A DNA stretch of 64,000 nt from Oscillospiraceae bacterium (GCA_048204295.1 DBFBLF010000014.1:6172-70171), one strand, 5' to 3'; counted from the stretch's first letter, positions 1 through 9,687 are shown. Notes: a model not told the origin generated them from the letters alone. Numbers and translations are program-made.

Positions 1-1
1 T

Positions 2-856
2 TTTGACTTCTCCCACTTCCAGGCGCTGACGCCGGAAGAAATTAAAACGATTGAAATGGACGTCAACCGTGCAATTCTTTCCGCGGTCGACGTTGGGCTG
101 TACGAGACTGATATTGAATCCGCCAAGGCGAAGGGAGCCATGGCTCTCTTTGGAGAAAAGTACGGTGACATCGTCCGGGTCTGTGACATTGGGGAATACT
201 CCATTGAGCTCTGCGGCGGTACCCATGTGGATAATACAGGCAAGATCGGTCTGTTCAAAATTGTCAGTGAGAGCTCGGTTGCAGCCGGCGTGCGCCGTAT
301 TGAGGCAGTGACCGGCGCAGGGGTGCTGGAACTGATTAACGGCACCAACGACATGCTGGCAAAATGCTGCCGGACACTTAAAATTACCAATCCCTCCGAG
401 CTGCCGGATAAGTGCGCAGCCCTTTCCGCCGAGCTCAAAGACAAGGAAAAACTGCTTGATAAAATTAACGCTGAGTTTGCAGAAATTCAGGCCAAGGGCG
501 TTGCAGAAAACACCGTTGAAGTAAACGGCCTGCGTGTCGCTTCTTTCCTGTTCCAAAACGCAAACCCGGAGTCCTTGAAAAAGATCGCCGATAAAATGAC
601 CAATACAATTCCCAATTCGGTGCTGGTTGTTGGAACTATCCGGGATGGAAAGGGCACGTTGGTCGCTGCCTGCGGCCCGAAAGCGATTGAAAAAGGCGTG
701 GTTGCCGGCGTGGTCATCAAGGAAATTGCCGCAATTGCAGGCGGAAAGGGCGGCGGGCGCCCGAATATGGCGATGGCCGGCGTCTCTGACCCGTATAAAA
801 TGGATGAAGCGCTTTCCTTCCTGCCGTCTTTGGTGGAAAAGCTGACGGCGCTGTAA
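2..856 (+). CDS. alaS: alanine--tRNA ligase, C-terminal fragment (5' end is upstream of the window)
   Basis: The frame is open from base 2 (FDFSHFQALTPEEIKTIE...). The translation has an AlaRS editing/C-terminal region (ELCGGTHV, GGKGGGRPNMAMAG). Confidence 0.9.
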   Translation, partial: FDFSHFQALTPEEIKTIEMDVNRAILSAVDVGLYETDIESAKAKGAMALFGEKYGDIVRVCDIGEYSIELCGGTHVDNTGKIGLFKIVSESSVAAGVRRIEAVTGAGVLELINGTNDMLAKCCRTLKITNPSELPDKCAALSAELKDKEKLLDKINAEFAEIQAKGVAENTVEVNGLRVASFLFQNANPESLKKIADKMTNTIPNSVLVVGTIRDGKGTLVAACGPKAIEKGVVAGVVIKEIAAIAGGKGGGRPNMAMAGVSDPYKMDEALSFLPSLVEKLTAL

Positions 857-875
857 GCGGAAAGGAGAAATCAAT

Positions 876-1214
876 ATGGATTGCCTGTTTTGTAAGATCA
901 TCGCCGGGGAAATCCCCAGCAAAAAAATATATGAGGACGATTCAGTCTATGCGTTTTACGACATCAACCCCCAGGCCCCTGTGCATTTTCTGGTAATTCC
1001 CAAGGCGCATATCGGAAGTGCCGGGGAGATTACGGCCGGGAATTCTGCTGTGGTTGCCCATATTTTTGAGGTGATAGCCAAGCTTGCTTCCGAACTGGGA
1101 CTGGCAAACGGTTTCCGGGTTATCACCAACTGCGGCGATGACGGTGCGCAGACAGTCAGGCACCTGCATTTCCATGTGCTCGGCGGAAAAAAGCTCACCG
1201 AGAAGATGGCGTAA
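876..1214 (+). CDS. HIT (histidine triad) family nucleotide hydrolase
   Basis: 112 aa with the HLHFHVLGG histidine-triad motif. AGGAG SD lies upstream. Confidence 0.9.
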   Translation: MDCLFCKIIAGEIPSKKIYEDDSVYAFYDINPQAPVHFLVIPKAHIGSAGEITAGNSAVVAHIFEVIAKLASELGLANGFRVITNCGDDGAQTVRHLHFHVLGGKKLTEKMA

Positions 1215-1264
1215 CTGTATAAATTTTCACTAATATACAAAACGTTTAACCGGGAGGAAACAAC

Positions 1265-1804
1265 ATGAAAGATACCTATACCCTGAAAGTCGCGGGGCTT
1301 ACCCGCGAACTGCCGATCTGTCCGGTGAATGAGCACCTTGATATTGCGGCCTTTGTTATGTTTACCGATGTTGAGCTCACCGTCGCCTGTGCGGCTGAGC
1401 TTGTCAAAAAAGTGCCGGAGCATGACGTGATTCTGACGGCGGAAGCCAAGGGAATCCCGCTTGCCTATGAAATGGCCCGCCAGCTGGACGAGCGCTATGT
1501 CGTTGCCAGAAAGGGCCTGAAGCTCTACATGAAGGACCCGGTTAAGGTTGATGTAAAATCCATTACCACCATGCACATGCAAACGCTTTACATTGATAAA
1601 TTTGATATTGAGCTCCTCAAAGGCAAGCGCGTTCTGATTGTCGACGACGTTATCAGCACGGGCGAGTCCCTCAATTCGCTGATGGAACTGGCGAATGTAG
1701 CGGGGGGGAACGTTGTGGGGATCGCAACCGTCCTTGCTGAGGGGGATGCAGCAAAACGGGATGATATCATCTTCCTGGAAGAGCTTCCCCTCTTTGAAAA
1801 ATAA
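1265..1804 (+). CDS. phosphoribosyltransferase family protein (Apt/Xpt-like)
   Basis: 179 aa with the PRPP-binding loop VLIVDDVISTGESL. GGGAGG SD. Substrate cannot be assigned by eye. Confidence 0.75.
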   Translation: MKDTYTLKVAGLTRELPICPVNEHLDIAAFVMFTDVELTVACAAELVKKVPEHDVILTAEAKGIPLAYEMARQLDERYVVARKGLKLYMKDPVKVDVKSITTMHMQTLYIDKFDIELLKGKRVLIVDDVISTGESLNSLMELANVAGGNVVGIATVLAEGDAAKRDDIIFLEELPLFEK

Positions 1805-1870
1805 TCAAAAATAAGCGGCCCCCTAAAGAGCGGGAATACCCGGCGGGTACAGCTGCCGTCGAAACGCTGC

Positions 1871-4120
1871 ATGGCGGTGCTTTCAGCGTTTGATTCAATT
1901 TTATGCAACATAAGGCAGGACAGAAGTATGGGCACGCAGAGACTGGCACGGTTTGGTTATGGTTATGCCGCCGCTTTGCTTGCGGCCGCAATTTTAGGCG
2001 CCGGGAAACTTGTTTGGTGTTTCCCGGTGCTTCTGGTTCTGCTTATAGCCGGGCTTTGTATCAGGCCGCTGCGGAAAAATCAGACCTTTTGGTGCGTGAT
2101 GTCCGCGGCTGTTTTGGCTTTCGGCGTCTTTTTCATTTATACCCGCACTGTTTATGAACCAGCGGAGCGGCTGGAAGGCCAAACCGTAACAGTAAAGGCG
2201 GTAGTTGAAGATTACGGACCTTGGTACAATATGTATAATTACGAATTGAAATTACTGGAGGTAGATGGTTGGACAGTTGCTCCGACCAGCGTGATCTATA
2301 GCGTCCGGGAAAACCTAGGTGCGGATTACGGCGACGTCATTGAAACCCAGATGAAGTTTACCGTAAATGAACCGGCGGAGGGAAAAGTCCTGGGCGATTA
2401 CTATAAATCCCACGGCCTGTTTTTGAAAAGCTACGCAGTTTATAAATCGGAGCTGGCAGTTGAACCTGCCTCCGGATTCAACCTTGAAGCTTCTTTCCGC
2501 ATTCTCCGCGACCGGCTCAGCGAGTCCATTGGGAACCACATGTCTGCCGAAAACGCCAATATCACCACCGGGATGCTGCTGGGCGGGACGTCAAACCTGA
2601 GCGAGCTCACCCGGACGACTTTCAGCCGGGCAGGGATTACTCACCTGTTCAGTGTTTCGGGCATGCATTTGACAATCGTAATTCAGCTGACCATGGGCTT
2701 CCTGACGCTTTTGCGGTTCAATAAACGGCTTGCTTCCGGAATTGGGATTTTCGCCGTTGTCGGTTTCATGCTTCTCGCGGGCTGTACGCCTTCTGTTCTC
2801 CGTGCCGGTATTACAATGCTGATCCTTCTGACCGGCCAGATTTTCCGCCGCCCCGCAAACGGGCTCAATTCGTTGGGAATCGCCTGCCTGCTGATCTGCC
2901 TTTCAAATCCCTATACCATGTACGATATTGGGTTTCTTCTTTCTGTTACCGCAACGCTGGGAATCCTGCTGTTTGCACGCCCGCTTGGGGATTTGATCTG
3001 CGGATGGCTGAAAATCACCGGGCCGTCTGGAAGGAATACGGTTTCTTTGTTTACCGTATCAATTGCGGCGGTCTTGGGTACCCTTCCGGTCAACCTCCTC
3101 TGTTTTCAGGAAATCTCGCTGATTGGTATTTTACTGAATCCGGTGATCAACCTCTTTGTCAGTATTGCCATGTTCGCTGGTTTTCTGACGGCATTCTTTG
3201 GGCTCGTCCCGTTTTTAAATCCGCTTGCCTCGCTCTTTGGGGCAATCTGCTCCTGGTCGGTGACTGCTATTGACCGCGGGGCAGGCGTGGCAGTGAAACT
3301 GCCGTTTGCCTACCTGCCGCTCGGAGACGGGTATATTCAGGTTTGGTTTTTTCTCAGTATCATCGGCTTCCTTCTGTACAGGGCTTATTGGCGGCGCAAG
3401 CCGAAAGCCCTGGCTGCAGTGGTTACGGCCTCTGTTTTACTGTTAGCGGTTCCGCTGGCGGCGGATAATTTCCTGACGGCTCATTCAATTGCGGTGACCG
3501 CTGTACGTGCGGAAGATGAATCCGGCGTTTTAATTCAGGCGGGAGGGGTCAACGTCGTTTTCGGCTGTACTGATTATTCAGCCGGAACTGCCCTGCGCCG
3601 CGAGCTGATGGCGAAGGGCGTGAAACAGATTGATCTCTACGTCCAGCCGGACGGAGTAAGGAAATCGGGACAGATTACGGAGGACTTCGCGGATATTTTT
3701 GAGGTCAAATATCTTGCGCTTAACAACGAAGCGTTTGATACCCAGAGCTACCCGTATGGAATGAAAGATGAACAGCTTCTTTCGACGGAAGGTGCAGAGC
3801 TCAGCTATCCCAATGGAACTGTGGTCCGGGTATATGGAAGAGAAGACCCGGTACTGGAAGTCTTTTACCAGGGAGAGTATTATATGGCTGTGCTCGACCT
3901 GAAGGATGCGCTCTCCTCTTTGGAGGAAAAAACGGCAAGGCTGGTGACGGCGGCCGGGTTGACGACCGACCGGAATGATATTCCGGCGGAACAGATTATG
4001 CTTCTCACCCCGCGGGAGGAGGCCGAAAGCCAAAGTGAAACCATTATTCCCGCCTATGAGGCGGTCCGGACCACCCTGTTATATCCGGATTGGGGCGGGG
4101 TTTTTAAGCAGATGAAGTGA
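1871..4120 (+). CDS. comEC: ComEC/Rec2 family DNA internalisation channel protein
   Basis: 749-aa polytopic membrane protein with a competence-domain core (GITHLFSVSGMHL). The start is uncertain (ATG 1871 or 1928). The C-terminal MBL-like domain lacks the His motif (see findings). Confidence 0.85.
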   Translation: MAVLSAFDSILCNIRQDRSMGTQRLARFGYGYAAALLAAAILGAGKLVWCFPVLLVLLIAGLCIRPLRKNQTFWCVMSAAVLAFGVFFIYTRTVYEPAERLEGQTVTVKAVVEDYGPWYNMYNYELKLLEVDGWTVAPTSVIYSVRENLGADYGDVIETQMKFTVNEPAEGKVLGDYYKSHGLFLKSYAVYKSELAVEPASGFNLEASFRILRDRLSESIGNHMSAENANITTGMLLGGTSNLSELTRTTFSRAGITHLFSVSGMHLTIVIQLTMGFLTLLRFNKRLASGIGIFAVVGFMLLAGCTPSVLRAGITMLILLTGQIFRRPANGLNSLGIACLLICLSNPYTMYDIGFLLSVTATLGILLFARPLGDLICGWLKITGPSGRNTVSLFTVSIAAVLGTLPVNLLCFQEISLIGILLNPVINLFVSIAMFAGFLTAFFGLVPFLNPLASLFGAICSWSVTAIDRGAGVAVKLPFAYLPLGDGYIQVWFFLSIIGFLLYRAYWRRKPKALAAVVTASVLLLAVPLAADNFLTAHSIAVTAVRAEDESGVLIQAGGVNVVFGCTDYSAGTALRRELMAKGVKQIDLYVQPDGVRKSGQITEDFADIFEVKYLALNNEAFDTQSYPYGMKDEQLLSTEGAELSYPNGTVVRVYGREDPVLEVFYQGEYYMAVLDLKDALSSLEEKTARLVTAAGLTTDRNDIPAEQIMLLTPREEAESQSETIIPAYEAVRTTLLYPDWGGVFKQMK

Positions 4121-4131
4121 GGAGGCGGATT

Positions 4132-5175
4132 ATGCCGAGAATTGATTTTAAAAAGCTGGGTGGAGAAATCAAGAAAAACGAGCTTTCCGGCGCATATTTT
4201 TTGTACGGCAGTGAACAATATCTGCTCTCTAAATATTTGGAGAGGCTCCTCAAGCGGGCCGTTCCTTCCATGCCCGCATTTAACCTTCAGAAATTTGAGG
4301 CGGAAAAAGGGCAGCTCGACTGGAATGCGGTTGAAGACGCCGTCCAAAACCTGCCGATGATGTCCCCCCGCAAGGCGGTTGTTCTGCACGACCTGAACCC
4401 CGAGCAGCTCCCGGCTGAGGAGACAAAACGGTTCCAGAAGCTTGTGGAAGAGCTACCGGATACCGCCATACTGGTCGTTTATGTCTCAGGGCTCGACCTG
4501 CCGGTGAAAGTGAGCCGGAAGGTACAGAATTTCTTAAAATTTATGGAGAAAAACGGAACCGTGGTGGAATTTGCGCCTCTTTCCAAAAACGACCTGGGGA
4601 AATACCTTGTCGATGAGGCGGCCAAGGCGGGGTGCTTTTTATCTGCCGCTGTGGCCGGCAGGATGGTTGAGGCCTGCGGGCCGGACCTTACCCCTCTTCT
4701 CACCAACCTGGAAAAACTGATTGCGTTTACGGGCAAGGGGGAAATTACCGCCGAAGCTGTGGACGGCCTTGTGGAAAAAACGATGGACGCAACTGCTTTC
4801 GACCTCGCCAACGCCCTGCTACGCGGCAATCTTGACGCTGCTCTACAGGCGGTGGCAGAGCTCAAAGCGCAGAGGGTAGAGCCTATTATGGTCGCGGGCG
4901 CCCTCAACAGCGCCTTTATTGACCTGTACCGCGCTAAATGCGCCCTTGCCGCCGGAAAGACCGCGGCGGATGTGACCGCCGACTTTGGTTATAATCCCCG
5001 GGTGCGTTTCCGGGTGGATAATGCTTTCCGAAGTGCCGGCAGGACAGAGACCGAGGCGCTTCGCCGGGCTGTCCGCCTGCTGCGCCGGCTCGACCTTCAG
5101 CTCAAGTCCAGCAAGGCGGATTCTTATGAACTTCTGGAAACGACGCTGGTCCGGATTCAGGCTGGAAAAGAGTGA
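4132..5175 (+). CDS. holA: DNA polymerase III subunit delta
   Basis: About 347 aa and HolA-like throughout (YFLYGSEQYLL...). ATG 4132 follows a GAGGAGG SD. The track start at 4117 is a GTG that overlaps the SD itself. Canonical comEC-holA synteny. Confidence 0.9.
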   Translation: MPRIDFKKLGGEIKKNELSGAYFLYGSEQYLLSKYLERLLKRAVPSMPAFNLQKFEAEKGQLDWNAVEDAVQNLPMMSPRKAVVLHDLNPEQLPAEETKRFQKLVEELPDTAILVVYVSGLDLPVKVSRKVQNFLKFMEKNGTVVEFAPLSKNDLGKYLVDEAAKAGCFLSAAVAGRMVEACGPDLTPLLTNLEKLIAFTGKGEITAEAVDGLVEKTMDATAFDLANALLRGNLDAALQAVAELKAQRVEPIMVAGALNSAFIDLYRAKCALAAGKTAADVTADFGYNPRVRFRVDNAFRSAGRTETEALRRAVRLLRRLDLQLKSSKADSYELLETTLVRIQAGKE

Positions 5176-5780
5176 TGGCGGGGATGGAGAAGATTAATAT
5201 TCGGCAAATTGTCATATTAGAGGGCAAATATGACAAAATTAAGCTTGAATCTTTGGTGAATACGGTTATAATAAGAACGGATGGTTTTAGGATTTACAAA
5301 GACCGTGAGAAGCAGAAGATGATCCGCAATCTTGCAAAGGAATACGGCGCGGTCATCGCGACCGATTCGGATGCCGCCGGATTTCAAATCCGCGGCTTTC
5401 TCCAGTCCCTGCTTAAAGACTGCAAGGTCTACCATCTTTATATTCCGGATGTATACGGAAAAGAAAAAAGGAAAGCAGCCCCTTCTAAAGAGGGGAAGCT
5501 GGGGGTGGAGGGAATACCGCTCGCCCTTTTAAAAAAAGCGCTGGAAGAATGCGGCGTCACCGCTTGTGAACCTGCCGGAAGCGGAATTACAAAAGCGGAT
5601 CTGTATGAGCTTGGCTTTAGCGGACGCCCTGACAGCGCAGGAAAACGCAAACAGCTCCTGCTTGAGCTGGAATTGCCTGAGCGCCTGAGCGCCAACGCCC
5701 TTGTGGATGTACTGAATAAAAGAATGTCTAAAGAAGAGTTTTCCCGGCTGGTTGCTGGGCTGCCTGATAGGGAGAAGTGA
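5172..5780 (+). CDS. toprim domain protein (DUF4093 / RNase M5-like)
   Basis: 202 aa with an N-terminal toprim pattern (IVILEGKYDK ... ATDSDAAG). Overlaps the holA stop. Confidence 0.7.
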   Translation: MMAGMEKINIRQIVILEGKYDKIKLESLVNTVIIRTDGFRIYKDREKQKMIRNLAKEYGAVIATDSDAAGFQIRGFLQSLLKDCKVYHLYIPDVYGKEKRKAAPSKEGKLGVEGIPLALLKKALEECGVTACEPAGSGITKADLYELGFSGRPDSAGKRKQLLLELELPERLSANALVDVLNKRMSKEEFSRLVAGLPDREK

Positions 5781-5781
5781 A

Positions 5782-7188
5782 ATGGTATTTTCGAGCGTTA
5801 CATTTTTATATGTGTTTCTGCCACTTGTATTGTTGGTCTATTACGCCGCCCCAAAACAGCTGAAAAACCTGTTGATTTTGGTCTCCGGTGTAATTTTTTA
5901 TGCCTGGGGGGAACCGGTTTACGTCTGCCTGATGCTTTTTACCACCCTGGTCGACTACACGGCGGGCAGGCTGATTGCCCGCTTTGATGAAAATCCCAGG
6001 GCGCGTTTGGTCAGCATGATTGTTGCTGTGACCATCAACCTCGCCCTTCTCTGTATCTTCAAATACAGTTCCTTTGTCATTTCAAACCTGAACCAGGTTT
6101 TCGGCCTTGCGCTCACCGATCCTGAGCTGCCGCTGCCCATCGGTATTTCCTTTTACACCTTCCAGAGTATGTCCTACACGCTGGATATGTATATGAGGAA
6201 CATCACAGTGCAGAAGAATTTTATTAACTACGCGGCCTACGTCACCCTTTTTCCGCAGATCGTCGCCGGGCCGATTGTTCGGTACAAGGAGGTTGCAACC
6301 GAGCTGGAGCACCGCACCATCACCCTGACCAAGGTGGGAGAGGGCGTTGGAATTTTCCTGCGCGGACTGGGTAAAAAGGTGTTGCTTGCCAATAACATCG
6401 GCATGCTTTGGACAACGGTTAAAAATTCGCCGCTTGACGAGCTTTCAGTCTTAACCGCCTGGCTTGGTATCCTCGCCTTTACCTTCCAGATTTATTTTGA
6501 CTTTTCCGGCTATTCCGACATGGCGGTCGGAATGGGAAAGATGATGGGCTTCAATTTTCCGCAGAACTTCAATTATCCTTACCTTTCAAAGAGCATCTCG
6601 GAGTTCTGGCGCAGATGGCACATTACGCTTGGTTCCTGGTTCCGGAGCTATGTTTATATCCCAATGGGCGGGAACCGGGTGGGGACGCTCAAACTTCTGC
6701 GCAACCTCTTGGTGGTTTGGTTCCTCACCGGCCTCTGGCATGGCGCTAGCTGGAATTTCATCCTCTGGGGCCTTTATTTCGGCGTGATTATTATCGCAGA
6801 GCGGTTTTTCCTGGGGAAATACCTGCAGAAAATACCGGCGGCACTTCAGGTGATTTATTCGTTTGTCCTTGTCGTCTTTGGCTGGGTACTCTTTGAATTT
6901 GACGACCTTGCAAATGTAGGGCAATATTTTGGCGCGATGTTCGGGAGCAACGGCGGTGTTTTGCTGGACGGCCAGTCGCTCTACCTGCTGTCCTCCTATT
7001 TGTTGTTATTAATTATCTGCGCCATTGGTGCGACCAACTACCCCAAAAAGCTGGTGGAGAAAATTTCCGGGAAGTTCCCGGTCTGGGTCCGGTATGCTTC
7101 TCCGGTTTTTGAGGTCGGCCTGCTGTTTATCTGTACGGCCTTCCTTGTCAACTCCACCTATAATCCGTTTCTCTATTTCCGTTTTTAA
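5782..7188 (+). CDS. MBOAT family membrane-bound O-acyltransferase (AlgI/DltB-like)
   Basis: Polytopic membrane protein with the MBOAT His region (FWRRWHITLGSWFRSYVYIPMGGNR ... WHGASWNF). The internal ATG 5782 (MVFSSVTFLYVF) fits the family N-terminus. Confidence 0.9.
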   Translation: MVFSSVTFLYVFLPLVLLVYYAAPKQLKNLLILVSGVIFYAWGEPVYVCLMLFTTLVDYTAGRLIARFDENPRARLVSMIVAVTINLALLCIFKYSSFVISNLNQVFGLALTDPELPLPIGISFYTFQSMSYTLDMYMRNITVQKNFINYAAYVTLFPQIVAGPIVRYKEVATELEHRTITLTKVGEGVGIFLRGLGKKVLLANNIGMLWTTVKNSPLDELSVLTAWLGILAFTFQIYFDFSGYSDMAVGMGKMMGFNFPQNFNYPYLSKSISEFWRRWHITLGSWFRSYVYIPMGGNRVGTLKLLRNLLVVWFLTGLWHGASWNFILWGLYFGVIIIAERFFLGKYLQKIPAALQVIYSFVLVVFGWVLFEFDDLANVGQYFGAMFGSNGGVLLDGQSLYLLSSYLLLLIICAIGATNYPKKLVEKISGKFPVWVRYASPVFEVGLLFICTAFLVNSTYNPFLYFRF

Positions 7189-7197
7189 GGGGGTGGA

Positions 7198-8337
7198 ATG
7201 ATGTCAAACGCTAAAAAAATATCTGCGATTATCTTTTTTCTGGTCATTACGGTCATCCCGCTTTTGATTATTATTCTTCCCAAAAAAGAGTTTTCTGAGA
7301 ATGAAAACCGGGTGCTGACCGCGTTTCCAAGTTTTACATGGGACAACATCCAAAGCGGAAAGTTTATGAAAGACTTTGAGGGCTTTTTTTCCGACCATTT
7401 TATTATGCGCGACGAGTGGATTGCCACCAAAACCCAAGCCGAGCTGCTGGCCGGAAAAAAAGAGGTCAACGGGGTGTTTATTCTGAAAGACCGGCTGATC
7501 CAGAAGGTGGAGGATTACGACCGCACCCTGGTCGCTAAAAACGTCAGCGCTATCAACGGGTTCGCAAAACGGGTCAAAATCCCCTGCACCATGATGTTGA
7601 TCCCTACCGCCTGTGAAATCCAGAAGGACCAGCTCGATCCGAACGTTCCGGTCCTCAACCAGAAGATGCTGATTGAGAGCGTTTACAGCAGGATGGCCGG
7701 GCAGCTTTCTACGGTGGACGTGTATTCGCCGTTGTATGCCTCAAAGGACGAGTATATTTATTATAAGACCGACCATCACTGGACCAGCCTTGGCGCCTAT
7801 CTCGGCTACAGCGCGGCGTCCAGGTCGCTGGGGTACCAGACAATTTCTCTTAACAGCTTTGATATACAGCACGCCTCGCACGACTTTTACGGCACCCTTT
7901 ATTCCAAGGTGATTTACGATAAAACCGGCCCGGACACCATCGATTACTATTCTTACCCCAAGGGGACAACTGTGAGCAAGGTAGTCGTGGATACTGGGAG
8001 CAGCAAAAAAAATTACGACAGCATGTATTTTAGGGAGTACCTCTCTCAAAAAGACAAGTATTCTTCCTTCTTGGGGAGTAATCAGCCTTTTGTGACGGTT
8101 CACTCCAACGCGAAAAGCGGCAAGAAACTGCTGGTGATTAAGGATTCCTACGCGAATAGCCTGGTGCCGTTTTTGACGCAGCATTACTCGGAAATCACTA
8201 TGGTGGATCTGCGGTATATCAACGTCAATTTAAATGAAAAGCTGAGCCTTGACGATTACGATCAAATCCTTTTCGCCTACAATGTTGAGTCTTTTGTGGA
8301 AGACCAGAACATTGTCAAGCTGAACTTTACAGAATAA
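7198..8337 (+). CDS. DHHW family protein (AlgJ/AlgX-like SGNH-type acyl/acetyltransferase partner)
   Basis: N-terminal TM anchor and the literal DHHW motif (YYKTDHHWTSLGAY). Lies immediately after the MBOAT gene. Confidence 0.85.
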   Translation: MMSNAKKISAIIFFLVITVIPLLIIILPKKEFSENENRVLTAFPSFTWDNIQSGKFMKDFEGFFSDHFIMRDEWIATKTQAELLAGKKEVNGVFILKDRLIQKVEDYDRTLVAKNVSAINGFAKRVKIPCTMMLIPTACEIQKDQLDPNVPVLNQKMLIESVYSRMAGQLSTVDVYSPLYASKDEYIYYKTDHHWTSLGAYLGYSAASRSLGYQTISLNSFDIQHASHDFYGTLYSKVIYDKTGPDTIDYYSYPKGTTVSKVVVDTGSSKKNYDSMYFREYLSQKDKYSSFLGSNQPFVTVHSNAKSGKKLLVIKDSYANSLVPFLTQHYSEITMVDLRYINVNLNEKLSLDDYDQILFAYNVESFVEDQNIVKLNFTE

Positions 8338-8373
8338 TAGAAACATCCTGAGAAAGAAAAGAGGTTACTCCCA

Positions 8374-9447
8374 ATGAAAAAGAGAATAATGGCTTTTACC
8401 CTGGCCGCGGCACTTTGCCTTACCCTGTTTGCAGGCTGCAACGGCGGCGGTGAATCGTCACAGTCTTCGTCGGAAAGCAGCTCAGAGCCGGTCGCGGTCA
8501 TCAATCCTTTGACAGGGGAAGATGGGTTCAGTACGAGCGCCGTCGGCAAGCGTCCGGTCGCGGTCATGGTGAGCAATATCAAGCAGTCTCTTCCGCAATG
8601 GGGGATTAGCGACGCGGATATTGTTTATGAAGCGGTAACCGAAGGGGGAATCACCCGTCTGATGTGTATGTACGCCGATCCGGACGCGGTGCCGAAAGTT
8701 GGGCCGACCCGTTCGGTGCGAGAATACTATCCTCAGTTCAGCGAGCCGTTCCACGCGCTGTTTGTTCACTTCGGCGGGAGCACTACGGGGTATGACGCCC
8801 TGAAAGAGTACAACATTGAAGATATTGACGGCATGGCTTTTTCCGGCACCAGCTTTCTGCAGGACAAGGAGCGGGCAAGCAGCGGCGTTGGCAGGGAGCA
8901 CACTTTCTATACCAGTACCGAGCTTTTAAAACCGGCGATTGAGAAAAAAGGATTTTCCATGTCCTACAACTGCCCGCAGGCCTTTAATTTTGTAAAAGAG
9001 GGGGAGAGCGCCTCCCTCACCGGCGGCGCGGCGGAGAAAGCGACTGTGCGCTTTTCAGGGTATACCACCGCGGTTTTCGAGTATGATCAGGCGTCCGGCA
9101 AATATTTGAAGAGCCAGTACGGACAGCCGCATATCGATGCGAATAACCAGAAACAGGTGGCGGTTGACAATGTGGTGATCCTCTACTCGCCTACTTCGCA
9201 GATTGGGGATACCTACCTCACCCGGTACGACCTGACGGGAGGGGAGGGATACTACCTCTCCAAAGGGAAATATGAAGCGATCAATTGGAGCAAGGGCTCG
9301 TATAATTCCATGTTTAAATTTACCGACAGCGAAGGTGCTTCGGTTTCCTTCAATACCGGAAAAACATGGGTCTGCGTTGTCCCGAACAGCGAAAAGGGAG
9401 CGACTGTGCTGGAAGGCGGTTCAAATGCTTCCGGCTCGGGCGAGTAA
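8374..9447 (+). CDS. DUF3048 (YerB-like) lipoprotein
   Basis: Lipobox signal MKKRIMAFTLAAALCLTLFAGC, a Ser-rich linker, then a DUF3048-like core (RPVAVMVSNIKQSLPQWGISDADIVYEAVTEGGITRLM). Confidence 0.8.
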   Translation: MKKRIMAFTLAAALCLTLFAGCNGGGESSQSSSESSSEPVAVINPLTGEDGFSTSAVGKRPVAVMVSNIKQSLPQWGISDADIVYEAVTEGGITRLMCMYADPDAVPKVGPTRSVREYYPQFSEPFHALFVHFGGSTTGYDALKEYNIEDIDGMAFSGTSFLQDKERASSGVGREHTFYTSTELLKPAIEKKGFSMSYNCPQAFNFVKEGESASLTGGAAEKATVRFSGYTTAVFEYDQASGKYLKSQYGQPHIDANNQKQVAVDNVVILYSPTSQIGDTYLTRYDLTGGEGYYLSKGKYEAINWSKGSYNSMFKFTDSEGASVSFNTGKTWVCVVPNSEKGATVLEGGSNASGSGE

Positions 9448-9470
9448 ACATATCCCGGCATAGCCGGTTT

Positions 9471-9515
9471 AAAACACAGGGGAGCCACCGTTTTACGGTG
9501 GCTCCCCTGTGTTTT
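9471..9515 (+). terminator. intrinsic terminator, perfect 20-bp stem
   Basis: aaaacacaggggagccaccg / tttta / cggtggctcccctgtgtttt. A- and T-tracts on both sides make it usable in both directions. Confidence 0.8.
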
Positions 9516-9653
9516 AGCGCTGCATTTTATATTAAACTTGCAGCGGTAATAGATACCGGGTCCGGCGACCAGCAGATAGGCAAAAAACAGAACAAAACGG
9601 CAGCTAAACCAATGTTCATCAAAGCGGCGGGGACGGGCAGCACTCCGAAAATA

Positions 9654-9687
9654 AAAACCGGGGATGCAAGACGGCATCCCCGGTTTT
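9654..9687 (-). terminator. intrinsic terminator downstream of the LURP-like gene
   Basis: aaaaccggggatgc / aagacg / gcatccccggtttt, 20 nt beyond the minus-strand stop at 9708. Confidence 0.7.
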
